A stretch of 40,964 nt of DNA from a virus, in IMG/VR virus record IMGVR_UViG_3300034522_000037, positions 1 to 40,964 of that record; one strand, given 5' to 3'. Below, one piece after another: positions 22,641-30,518 of this stretch (the first letter of the stretch is position 1; every line of letters starts with the position of its first letter). The position numbers and the translations under genes are program-made. The notes beneath the pieces were generated by a model that searched no databases, was not told the DNA's origin, and saw only the letters and a list, made by a program, of their open reading frames with translations.

Positions 22641-25208
22641 TCACACCTTTGCGAGGCGGCCGCCGATGTACGGGATCGCGTACGACGCGGCGGTGGAGAC
22701 GTACAGATAGAACAGGCCGGCGTACGAGCCGACGCCGTAGTGGCCACCGTGATACGCCACGCAGTTGGCGTTCGCGTAGCTCTGGTCGGCGGTGGTGCCG
22801 TTGGCTTCGGCGCTGTCGGTGGTGGCTGGCACGAACAACGGGCCGAGGTCGAAATCAGCGCCGGCGTTGGCCGACAGGCTCACGGTCCAGCCGTTGGCCG
22901 GGGCGGTGGCGCCGGTGTTGATGTAGCCCTTGTTGCCGTGCTTGTCCCAGATCTCGTAGCGTTTCGCCGCATCGGTGCGCAGGCCGTCGACCATCTGCCA
23001 GACGTTGCCCCACAGGCCGACGATGCCGCGCCAGGTGGCTTGCGCCACGGTGGGGTGGTCGACTACCTGTACGCCAGACGGCGAGTTGTCGACATGGCCG
23101 CGACCGATCAGGGCTTGGCTGTTGGCACCACCCATCTCGATCATGGCCAGCAGCTGAATGGCGCTGAGCTGGTAGTAGTCCCACAGCTGGAAGCCCGACA
23201 CGCCAGAGACGTTCCGCGCGGCGGCGCGACCCTGCATCGTCGGGAAGTCGATCGACACCAGCGGCGTGACGCCCGGCTTGGAGCCCAACTTGGTGCCGTC
23301 CGCCGTGCCCTGGTACTTGCCGACCCAGAACTGGCCGATGGGCGCGCCGGCGCGCATGAACGCCGGATGCAGGGTGAAGCCCGCGGCGGGCTGGTCGCTG
23401 ATCCACCAGGCGCGCTTGCCGGCGTTGGGGCCGGCAGCGATGGTGCCGGCCTTCACGTAAAACGCGGGGATCTTGACCATGGCCTGGCCGTCGATGGTGA
23501 CGTCCTGGATCTGGCCGTAGGTCTGGTGGCTGCTGAAGAATGCCGAGTCGGTCACCTTGGTGGCGCCGTTCTCGTCGATGCGCGCCCAGGTGCCGGAGCC
23601 GCCGCCGGTCGACAGCAGCGCGATGCCCACGATGGTGGCGAACGCGGCCTTGGTGGTGAACTTGCTCTCGCCGGACCATTCCGACCAGCCCTTGGTGACG
23701 CCCTGGTGGCGCACGCGCACGTAGTAGCCGGTTTCGCCCGCTTGCAGCACGCCCGCCGGGACCACCGCTGTCAGCAGGTTTACCGCATCGGTGCCGCTGT
23801 CCCAGACCGGGGCGCTGAAGGTGCCGCCGGCAGTGCGGATTTGCCACTGGCTGGCGGCGTGCGTGTCTTCGCCGCCGGAGACGGTGAACGAGGAGCTGGC
23901 CAGCGTTGGCTGCTCGGGTACGTCCAGCGCATTGCTGACCGGGCCGGTGACGGTCGGCGCGACCACGTAGATGAAATCGGCAGCGGTGGCGAAGCTGGTC
24001 ACGGCGGACCAGTCGGACCAGAGGCCGGCGACGTCCTGGACGCGACCGCGCAGGTAGTAGGTATTGCCGGCCTGCAGCACCTCAGCCGGGACGCGGTACG
24101 ACAGGCCGGAGCCCAGGGCACCGGAGTCGTGCAGCACGGTGGCGAACAGGGCGTCGGTCGAGATCTGGAACTGCACGGCCTGCTGGGCATTGCCGGCGGG
24201 GCTGGTGTAGTTGTCCAGGGCCAGCGTCGGGCGCTCCATGATGCCGACCGAGGCGTCCGCCGGCGAGGCGATGGCCGGTGTGCTTGGGGCCAGCTCCGGG
24301 TTGAGGAAGCCGCCGAGGCCGGTGGGCGTGCCCAGGGCGACGATGTGCGAGAGGGTCAGCGCCTCACCCTCAATGTCCAGCCGCAACCAGCCGTCGCCGC
24401 GCATCGGCAGGATGTATTCGTAGTCCGCCATGCCGGCCGGGATGCTGCCACCGCTGCGGCGCATGGACCAGCCGCACTCCTTCCATGTGCCCTGGTAGGC
24501 ATCGCGGTAGTAGAGCCGTGCCTCGGCAGCACTGAGCGAGCGGCGAATCACCACGGCGCCACCGTCGCTGTCGGTGCCGATGTTGATCGCCTTGGTCAGG
24601 TAGATATCGCCGACCTCGCCGCGGGCCAGCGCAGCGCCCTGTACTGCGAGGCTGGAGCGCGACAGCGTGGCGGTGGCGCTCCAGTCACGCGCCAGGTTGG
24701 CGGTCAGGCGCACGCGCTGGCCGGAGAGGATGTTGGCGATCTGCACCAGGGCGGATACCGGCGCCGGATTGCCCTCTTCGTCCAGGGCGGCGGGATCGGT
24801 CAGCACGTAGTAGTCGCCGGCGCGCAGCGCGCTGGTGTCGGCGACGTCGAGCGAGTCATCCCCATTTATGCCCTGCACCACGGCCACCGGATCGATATCG
24901 ATCAACGTATAACCGGGGGTGAACATCTCGAAGTTGATCGCGTTGCCGCGGTACAGCCAGTCGAGGCTGACGGCGCGCTGCACGGCCACTGAGCTGGTGG
25001 CCTCTACGCCGTCAAGACGCTGATCGAGGGTGGCGACCTGCTCGCCAAGCGTCGCGCCGGTTTCTTCGAGCACGCGCGCGAGGTAGGCGTCGTTATCCAG
25101 CAGCGCCTGGTGCACCGGGTTCCAGGTGTCCGGGTGCGCGACGCTGTTGGTGGTCAGCTGGGGGATGCTTTCGCTCAGCTGCGGGTTGGCGCTGGGGGTC
25201 AGGGGCAT
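22641..25208 (-). CDS. Tail fibre / receptor-binding protein, DGR target (C-type-lectin/FGE-like C-terminal domain)
   Basis: 855 aa with gaggag 7-8 nt upstream. Two tandem ~85-aa FN3-like repeats (23985..24233, 23652..23912). The C-terminal ~280 aa carries GIVGLWGNVWQMVDG (FGE/CLec-like) and ends in the variable repeat ...AYHGGHYGVGSYAGLFYLYVSTAASYAIPYIGGRLAKV. Confidence 0.85.
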   Translation of the reverse strand: MPLTPSANPQLSESIPQLTTNSVAHPDTWNPVHQALLDNDAYLARVLEETGATLGEQVATLDQRLDGVEATSSVAVQRAVSLDWLYRGNAINFEMFTPGYTLIDIDPVAVVQGINGDDSLDVADTSALRAGDYYVLTDPAALDEEGNPAPVSALVQIANILSGQRVRLTANLARDWSATATLSRSSLAVQGAALARGEVGDIYLTKAINIGTDSDGGAVVIRRSLSAAEARLYYRDAYQGTWKECGWSMRRSGGSIPAGMADYEYILPMRGDGWLRLDIEGEALTLSHIVALGTPTGLGGFLNPELAPSTPAIASPADASVGIMERPTLALDNYTSPAGNAQQAVQFQISTDALFATVLHDSGALGSGLSYRVPAEVLQAGNTYYLRGRVQDVAGLWSDWSAVTSFATAADFIYVVAPTVTGPVSNALDVPEQPTLASSSFTVSGGEDTHAASQWQIRTAGGTFSAPVWDSGTDAVNLLTAVVPAGVLQAGETGYYVRVRHQGVTKGWSEWSGESKFTTKAAFATIVGIALLSTGGGSGTWARIDENGATKVTDSAFFSSHQTYGQIQDVTIDGQAMVKIPAFYVKAGTIAAGPNAGKRAWWISDQPAAGFTLHPAFMRAGAPIGQFWVGKYQGTADGTKLGSKPGVTPLVSIDFPTMQGRAAARNVSGVSGFQLWDYYQLSAIQLLAMIEMGGANSQALIGRGHVDNSPSGVQVVDHPTVAQATWRGIVGLWGNVWQMVDGLRTDAAKRYEIWDKHGNKGYINTGATAPANGWTVSLSANAGADFDLGPLFVPATTDSAEANGTTADQSYANANCVAYHGGHYGVGSYAGLFYLYVSTAASYAIPYIGGRLAKV
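22648..22759 (-). repeat. DGR variable repeat (VR)
   Basis: Counterpart of the TR (offset 1428 nt). It occupies the last ~37 codons of the fibre ORF and ends 4 nt before the stop codon. It differs from TR at 12 template-adenine positions, mostly first/second bases of template AAC codons. Confidence 0.9.
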
Positions 25209-25219
25209 GGGGTTACTCC

Positions 25220-25579
25220 TCAGTATTCGAAGACGATGTCGAAGTCCATCTCGCCGTAGGGCTCGAGCTCGATGGGGGCGATTTTTTTACGGGCGACCAG
25301 CACGCCGGAGGCGGTGAAGGCGCCGACCTCGGTGATGGTCTTGCCGCTGACCGCGCTGCCCGGCAGCGTGGCCGAGGCGGTGACCTCCGGGCCGGCCGAG
25401 GTGGCAGTGGCCGGAAGGCGCAGCACCTCGGCCTCGAGGGCGGTGTCTTCGTCGGGCGAATAGGCGCGGGTGCCTTCGCCGAACGCGAGGTAGGCGATGG
25501 GCGACAGCGCCGAGCCGGTCGCGGCAGCGAGGGCGATGTGGCTGCGGTAGGCCGTGGTGGTAAGGATGGGTGACGTCAT
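25220..25579 (-). CDS. Separate tail-fibre N-terminal (baseplate-attachment) domain protein, P2 gpH N-terminus-like
   Basis: 119 aa. ILTTTAYRSHIALAAATGSALSPIAYLAFGEG ... ITEVGAFTASGVLVARKKIAPIELE parallels the P2 gpH N-terminus (ITTAGAAKLAAATAPG...MAVGDG...ELGLYDDAGTLIAV). Confidence 0.55.
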   Translation of the reverse strand: MTSPILTTTAYRSHIALAAATGSALSPIAYLAFGEGTRAYSPDEDTALEAEVLRLPATATSAGPEVTASATLPGSAVSGKTITEVGAFTASGVLVARKKIAPIELEPYGEMDFDIVFEY

Positions 25580-26685
25580 AGGGCTACCTGCTGAGTTGTG
25601 CCGTGCTGGCGGATGCGAGCGGTGATGCGGGCGCGCACGCGCGGCGCGGAAGGCCGGGCGCCGAGCTGCCAGGTGCCGTCGAGCTTGTGCAGGCCGAGGC
25701 GGTCGAGCGCGGCATCGCCGAGGGTGATGCCTTCGTCGAGCGGCCAGCCGCCGAGCGTGAGCGAGTCAAGCCGGGCGCTGCCGTCGAGCGGCAGGTAGCG
25801 CGGCGCGAGGTCCGCCGGCTGAGCCGGCGAGCCGGTACCGACGGTGGCGCGCAGCTGCAGGCGCAGGCGCTGACCCATGCGGGCGTGCCCCTCTGCCCAC
25901 GACCAGCTGCCGACCAGGCGCAGGCCGTCGAGCCGAGTGCTGCCGTCGAGCTGCTGCGTGCCGTCCAGGTGCCGCGGCGCGGTCTCGCCGCCCAGCGACC
26001 AGCAGCCGTCGAGCGTGCGGCGCTGAAGGGGTTGCACGCGCTGGCATTTGGCGAGGCGGATGCGGACTTGTTGAGCAAGGCGGGTGGCGCGGACGGGGCG
26101 GCCGAGGTGGGCGCGGATGGCCGCGACAATTGCCACCAGCTCGCTACGCAGCGGCCCATGCTCCTCGGCCAGCGCGCGGATCTTGCTCTGCTGCTCGCGT
26201 GACCAGGCGCCGTCGGCGGTGTTGATGTGAATGGCGTACTTCGACCAGTGGTCGAGCGGCGTCGCGCGCATCAGGGTCGCACTGCCGTCCGGCGGGGTGA
26301 GCGTCGGCGTGCCGTCCAGTTGCCAGCTGCCGTCAAGCGTCAGTCCGCCAAGCGCCTGCCAGGCGCGCTGGTAGGCGGTGCCGCCCTCGATCGACAGCAC
26401 GTCATAGCCTGCCGCTGCCAGTGCGCGCTTGATCGCGTGACGAGTTCCGGCGAGGCGCTTGACCTCCCACGCGCCCGCCACGGCGGCGCGCTTCTGCGCC
26501 TCCGGGGCCGTGGCGGGCCAGTGAGTGATGCCGCGGTCGGCGGCGAGATACGGCAGGAACTCGGCCGGCGTCTCGGCGGCATTCATCAGCGCCGGGAACG
26601 GCGGGGCGATGCGGTCGATCAGCTCGCCCGCGACCGTGTCGAGAGCGAGCTCGAGCAGCGAGCTGTTGGCCGGCAATAGAGTCAT
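25576..26685 (-). CDS. P2 gpI-like baseplate protein with a long repeat-containing C-terminal extension
   Basis: 369 aa. The N-terminal LLPANSSLLELALDTVAGELIDRIAPPFPALMNAAETPAEFLPYLAADRGITHW is the gpI signature. The C-terminal ~200 aa carries reiterated LDG(S/T)WxL / LDGxxxLDG units. Confidence 0.7.
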   Translation of the reverse strand: MTLLPANSSLLELALDTVAGELIDRIAPPFPALMNAAETPAEFLPYLAADRGITHWPATAPEAQKRAAVAGAWEVKRLAGTRHAIKRALAAAGYDVLSIEGGTAYQRAWQALGGLTLDGSWQLDGTPTLTPPDGSATLMRATPLDHWSKYAIHINTADGAWSREQQSKIRALAEEHGPLRSELVAIVAAIRAHLGRPVRATRLAQQVRIRLAKCQRVQPLQRRTLDGCWSLGGETAPRHLDGTQQLDGSTRLDGLRLVGSWSWAEGHARMGQRLRLQLRATVGTGSPAQPADLAPRYLPLDGSARLDSLTLGGWPLDEGITLGDAALDRLGLHKLDGTWQLGARPSAPRVRARITARIRQHGTTQQVAL

Positions 26686-27683
26686 GGGCTCAGCACCTTG
26701 ATATCAATCGCGATCGAGTCGCAGAAAGGGGCCTCGCCATCGCTGCAGGCGATGGGCGCCAAGGGCTCGAGCAGATCCAGGCGCACCGCGCCGGCGCCGA
26801 TCAGGCGGGCGCGAATGTGATCAGGGTCGACGTACCCTTTCAGGCGATGCTGCGCGGCGGCGTATTCAGCCAGGGCGCTGACAGCCGACCGCTGTGTGAT
26901 CTCGGCGTCAGGGCCGGGGTTGATGTAGGCGGTGGCGCGGATCTGGTACCCGACGATGACTGCCGGGCGAATGTCGACCGTGTCCGTCTCGGGCGAAACG
27001 TCCTCGCGCGCGAAGTGGGCGCGCTGGGCGTCGAGCAGGGCCTCGCTCGGCTCGCCGCGAGCGGCGCGGCTAAGCACCCACACCGTGACGACACCGGGTG
27101 CTGTGCGCACGGGGCGGACGTCCTTCACCTGTGCGGCGAGGGCGTCGGGCTGCAGGGTGTACGTAACCACCACGGTGCCGGGCTCGGGGGCAGTGATCGA
27201 TACGGCGGCGCGGTCGCCGAGGGTCAGCGCCTCGCGGCGGTAGTGCAGCCTCGAGCCAGCGGCCGGCGCGTGAGGCGCCAGGTAGTAGCGCAGGCGCAGA
27301 TCCTCGTCCAGCTCGACCTCAGCGGGTACCGGCGGGAAGGCGTCGGGGTCGCCGGGGGTGACGACGCGGCGCTCGAGGCCCATGTCGGCGGCGCGGGCGT
27401 CGAGGTTCGAGCCCTCTGCCCACCAGGCCAGCATTTGCTTGATTCGCGCGTTGTATTTTCGCTCGTGGCTCTGCAGGCGCAGCGTGAAGGCCTGCAGGAT
27501 CATGGCCAGCAGGTCGCTGTCGTTCTCCAGCGCCTCGGCCAGGCGTGCGGCCTTCTCGGGGTCGCGGGCCTGCACATAGGCCAGCACCTCGGCCTTGAAC
27601 TCGGCGAGCAGCGTCTCGAAGGTTTCGACCTTGACGATCTCGGGCTCGGCCAGCTGGTTGAGCCCCGGAATAAGCATGCTCAC
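26682..27683 (-). CDS. Baseplate J-like protein (P2 gpJ)
   Basis: 333 aa, positioned between the W-like and I-like genes. ATGA-type overlaps indicate operon coupling. Confidence 0.7.
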   Translation of the reverse strand: MSMLIPGLNQLAEPEIVKVETFETLLAEFKAEVLAYVQARDPEKAARLAEALENDSDLLAMILQAFTLRLQSHERKYNARIKQMLAWWAEGSNLDARAADMGLERRVVTPGDPDAFPPVPAEVELDEDLRLRYYLAPHAPAAGSRLHYRREALTLGDRAAVSITAPEPGTVVVTYTLQPDALAAQVKDVRPVRTAPGVVTVWVLSRAARGEPSEALLDAQRAHFAREDVSPETDTVDIRPAVIVGYQIRATAYINPGPDAEITQRSAVSALAEYAAAQHRLKGYVDPDHIRARLIGAGAVRLDLLEPLAPIACSDGEAPFCDSIAIDIKVLSP

Positions 27684-28012
27684 GTGACCACCTCAAACGT
27701 CATTTTTCGGTTGTGCCATGTACCGGCCAGGCGCAGCCGCAGGCCGGCGCCCTCGCGGGTGGCGACGATCGCCTCCGGCACGAACTCGCCGATGCCGTTC
27801 GCCTCGTTGTAAAAGGCCTCGGCCGCGTCGGCCTGCGCGAGGATCAGCAGGCGATCGCCGAGGTTCTTGCCCAGCCTGGTGGGCAGGCGGCAGCCGTACA
27901 GCGGGCGCTTCTGGCGGGTGCCGAGCGGGGTCGTCAGGGCGCGGGTCGCGCGCTGCACGAAGGCGGGCCAGTCGTCGACGGTGGCGCCGGTGTCGCGGTC
28001 GATGCCGATCAT
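27680..28012 (-). CDS. Baseplate wedge protein (P2 gpW / T4 gp25-like)
   Basis: 110 aa. IGIDRDTGATVDDWPAFVQRATRALTTPLGTRQKRPLYGCRL is the typical GPW_gp25 pattern. Confidence 0.75.
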   Translation of the reverse strand: MIGIDRDTGATVDDWPAFVQRATRALTTPLGTRQKRPLYGCRLPTRLGKNLGDRLLILAQADAAEAFYNEANGIGEFVPEAIVATREGAGLRLRLAGTWHNRKMTFEVVT

Positions 28013-28620
28013 GCTGGTACCCCGCCGATGCTCGGGCCGCCCGAGTTCAGGTGCTGGTGATCCTTGCCGATGTTCTTGCCGTCGTGATCGACGAGCGGCC
28101 CGACCAGGTGCACGCCGCTAGCGTCGATCCGGATGCCGGAGCCATTGCTCAGCAGCTCGATGCCGTCGCGGTCGTGCTTGATCGTGGTCGGACCGTTTTC
28201 CCAGGCCTGCGCGTGGGCGGCGTGGTCATAGGTGCTTTCGGCGCCGTCGGGATAGGTGCGCCGGTGCAGTTCGCCGCGATCGGAGACCGGCGGGAAGGCG
28301 CCCGAGGGGATGCCCGTCAGGGCCACGCTCTGCGCGCTGCCGTCACCGGCGCCGAAGTTGATCAGCAGGCATTGCTCGCCCGCGCTCGGGTGGCGCGTCT
28401 CGCTGACCTCGCCGGCGCTGGGGTTGAAGTAGCGGATCCACGGCGACAGCAGCTCGCCATGGCTCACCCGGCAGCGCCCGGCCGCCGGATCCACGGCGGC
28501 CACGGTGCCGATGCGGTTGTGATTCTCGGCGCGCCGGCGCAGGTCTTCGATTTCCGTCTCGAGTTCGGCCAGACGCTCGATCAGCGGCGCCAGGTGGACC
28601 CGCAGAATGGCGTCGAACAT
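28009..28620 (-). CDS. Baseplate spike/assembly protein V (P2 gpV-like)
   Basis: 203 aa. NRIGTVAAVDPAAGRCRVSHGELLSPWIRYFNPSAGEVSETRHPSAGEQCLLI is the gpV OB-fold signature. Confidence 0.75.
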   Translation of the reverse strand: MFDAILRVHLAPLIERLAELETEIEDLRRRAENHNRIGTVAAVDPAAGRCRVSHGELLSPWIRYFNPSAGEVSETRHPSAGEQCLLINFGAGDGSAQSVALTGIPSGAFPPVSDRGELHRRTYPDGAESTYDHAAHAQAWENGPTTIKHDRDGIELLSNGSGIRIDASGVHLVGPLVDHDGKNIGKDHQHLNSGGPSIGGVPA

Positions 28621-28622
28621 CG

Positions 28623-29150
28623 TTACACCTCGAGCGGTTGGTAGTTCGCCGGATCGTCAGGATCCACCCGCCAGGTGAAGGCCACGAGCGGGGCGGTGTT
28701 GAGGGTCGGCTCGGGCTCGACCTCGCCGATCGCCAGGCGCTGCCGGAAGGTGACGCCCCAGGCGTCGTATCCGTCGGCGCCGCGCTGGAATATCGAGGGG
28801 CCGCTGTGCAGATCCTCGGGGTAGTTGCACTGGCGCCCGTGGAAGCCCCAACGGTTGCAGTCGGCCAGGCGCTCGAGGGCGGTCGCGAGGTTGATCGCCT
28901 CGAGGTTGGCGTACTTGCGCCACCGGGCCACGACCGCGTGCAGGGTGACGGTGACGTCGTGCACGTAGCGCCCGTCGTTGTGCCGGGTGGCCGGGGTGGT
29001 GCGCTCGAGCTCGATCAGCACGGTGGCATCGCCGACCTTGCCGTCAAACTCGTCGTAATTGGCCACGCTGACGCCCAGCCCAGCAGCGTGGACGGCATCA
29101 CCGATGGCGAAGAACAGGTCTGACAGCTGATTAAGCGGCCTCGAGGACAT
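28623..29150 (-). CDS. Virion protein in the tail-terminator (lambda gpU) position
   Basis: 175 aa, following a gpZ-like gene. There is only loose pattern similarity to terminator proteins. The functional call is positional. Confidence 0.35.
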   Translation of the reverse strand: MSSRPLNQLSDLFFAIGDAVHAAGLGVSVANYDEFDGKVGDATVLIELERTTPATRHNDGRYVHDVTVTLHAVVARWRKYANLEAINLATALERLADCNRWGFHGRQCNYPEDLHSGPSIFQRGADGYDAWGVTFRQRLAIGEVEPEPTLNTAPLVAFTWRVDPDDPANYQPLEV

Positions 29151-29655
29151 AACGGGCCTCCTGCTCGAACAGCTCCATGAATCGATTGTTGGCGCGGCGC
29201 TCCCAGCGCTCGAGGGCGCCGAGGCCTTCGCCTTCCCAAGCCTCGGTCACCTTCTCGATCGGCAGGCGCTCGCGGCCCTTGCGCCGGAAAACCAGGCGCT
29301 GCGTCGATCGCATCGGTGATATGAAGGCGGCGTCGTATTGGCGATGACCGACCGCGACGCCGGTCGGGGTCTGCTTGGGCGTGCCCAGGTAATGCACGCT
29401 GATCGGTCGCAGACCGACCCACAGCTTCACCTCCTTGGCGGTGGATCGGCTGTGGATCTGGTAACGGTGGCGGATGGGGCTCTGCGTGATGCGCAGCTCG
29501 CGGGAGATCTCCCGCGAACTGTGCGTGCGCAGCCACAGCGCCGTTTTGCGCAAGGCGCGGGCGGCGGCCAGGTCGAGGCGGCGCGGCATATCGGCGATGG
29601 CCTTGTCGACCGACGCCCAGCCGTCCACCTCGAAGTTCAGCTCGAAGCCTGCCAT
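29131..29655 (-). CDS. Tail completion protein (lambda gpZ-like)
   Basis: 174 aa. AAARALRKTALWLRTHSSREISRELRITQSPIRHRY resembles the minor tail protein Z family. It lies directly after an FII-like gene, as in lambda. Confidence 0.45.
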   Translation of the reverse strand: MAGFELNFEVDGWASVDKAIADMPRRLDLAAARALRKTALWLRTHSSREISRELRITQSPIRHRYQIHSRSTAKEVKLWVGLRPISVHYLGTPKQTPTGVAVGHRQYDAAFISPMRSTQRLVFRRKGRERLPIEKVTEAWEGEGLGALERWERRANNRFMELFEQEARYVLEAA

Positions 29656-30014
29656 CTGCCCCGCTCCCCTGCAGGTGCTGCTCGGTTGCCATACGGCACG
29701 AGGGTTAACAGCGAGCGCAGGCGGCCGAGCGGCTCGACGTTGCCGACGGAATACTCGACCCCGTCGACGACGATCTTCGCCGTCCGGTCCTGCGGCACCG
29801 CCGGGGTGGCCATCTGCAGCAGCACCTGGTCGCCTTTCACGCGCAGGTTCGCCGCGTTCGGATCCACGCCCGAGCGGTACTGCCGACCCGAACGGGCCGG
29901 CGCTCCCAGCATGCCGTTGACCGTGCGCGCCTCCCGCCCCGGCTCGATCACCTGCACGGTGCAGCCGAACTCGTCGGGGTCGTAGAGCGCGTCGAGGTCG
30001 TCGGCGCCGATCAC
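29637..30014 (-). CDS. Head-tail joining protein (lambda gpFII-like)
   Basis: 125 aa. DLDALYDPDEFGCTVQVI...VNGMLGAP...ANLRVKGDQVLLQMATPAVPQDRTAKIVVDGVEYSVGNVEPLGRLRSLLTL parallels lambda FII (FDNLFDAAI...IRGVFDDP...TLTIGEENFWVDRVSPDDGG). Confidence 0.5.
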   Translation of the reverse strand: MIGADDLDALYDPDEFGCTVQVIEPGREARTVNGMLGAPARSGRQYRSGVDPNAANLRVKGDQVLLQMATPAVPQDRTAKIVVDGVEYSVGNVEPLGRLRSLLTLVPYGNRAAPAGERGRWQASS

Positions 30015-30448
30015 TTCTTGCCGGCCTTGGCGTCGGTGGCGGCCGGCTCAGCGGCTGCAGCCTTGGCCTTTTCCAGCGCGGCGACTTCGGCGGTCAGCTC
30101 CTTGACCTCCTCGGTCAGCTCGTCGCGTTGCTTGCCGAACTCCTCGAGGTCGCTTTCCAGCGCCTTGAGATCACCGGCCAGCTCGTTCTTGCGCGCCTGC
30201 AGGCGCTCGATTTCGGCCTCGAGGGTGGTGCGCTGCTCGTCCAGCCCGTCGAGGCCGTCGTCGCCCTGCTCGGCGCGATAGGCGGCGACCTCCTCGTCGG
30301 TGGCGTCGCGGGCCAGCTTCGAGCCGATCCAGTCGTTGCGCAGCGCGCGGTCGACCTTGAGCGTGGTTTCGGCGGGTACAAACTCGCCGTGCACGCTCAG
30401 GCCGAGCAGCGTCACCACGATGTAACTCGTGGGCAGTTGCTTGCTCAT
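30011..30448 (-). CDS. Coiled-coil protein between the capsid and connector genes
   Basis: 145 aa from ATG 30448 (the ORF-track start 30475 would lie inside the terminator hairpin). It contains a long heptad-like segment LEAEIERLQARKNELAGDLKALESDLEEFGKQRDELTEEVKELTAEVAALEK. Confidence 0.5.
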   Translation of the reverse strand: MSKQLPTSYIVVTLLGLSVHGEFVPAETTLKVDRALRNDWIGSKLARDATDEEVAAYRAEQGDDGLDGLDEQRTTLEAEIERLQARKNELAGDLKALESDLEEFGKQRDELTEEVKELTAEVAALEKAKAAAAEPAATDAKAGKK

Positions 30449-30473
30449 GGGGTTGGTTCCTTGTGATGCGGTC

Positions 30474-30495
30474 AAAAACGGGGGCCGGAGCCCCC
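30474..30495 (-). terminator. Hairpin plus T-run after the capsid gene (attenuator)
   Basis: Minus strand: gggggc-tccg-gccccc followed by gtttttg, 24 nt after the capsid stop. Confidence 0.6.
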
Positions 30496-30518
30496 TACCT
30501 GCCCGCTTTCAGGTTCGG

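Noticed and set aside
22740-24992. Very long ORFs antisense to or overlapping the annotated genes (for example 22740..24992 +, 30429..32696 +, 34715..36505 +, 32044..33609 +, 18545..19837 +, 3673..4716 -, 4753..5577 -, 7478..8239 +, 15703..16644 +).
   Set aside because: High GC suppresses stop codons in non-coding frames. Their translations are Arg/Gly/Ala/Pro-rich and low-complexity with no recognisable motifs, whereas the opposite-strand or other-frame products match well-known phage families.
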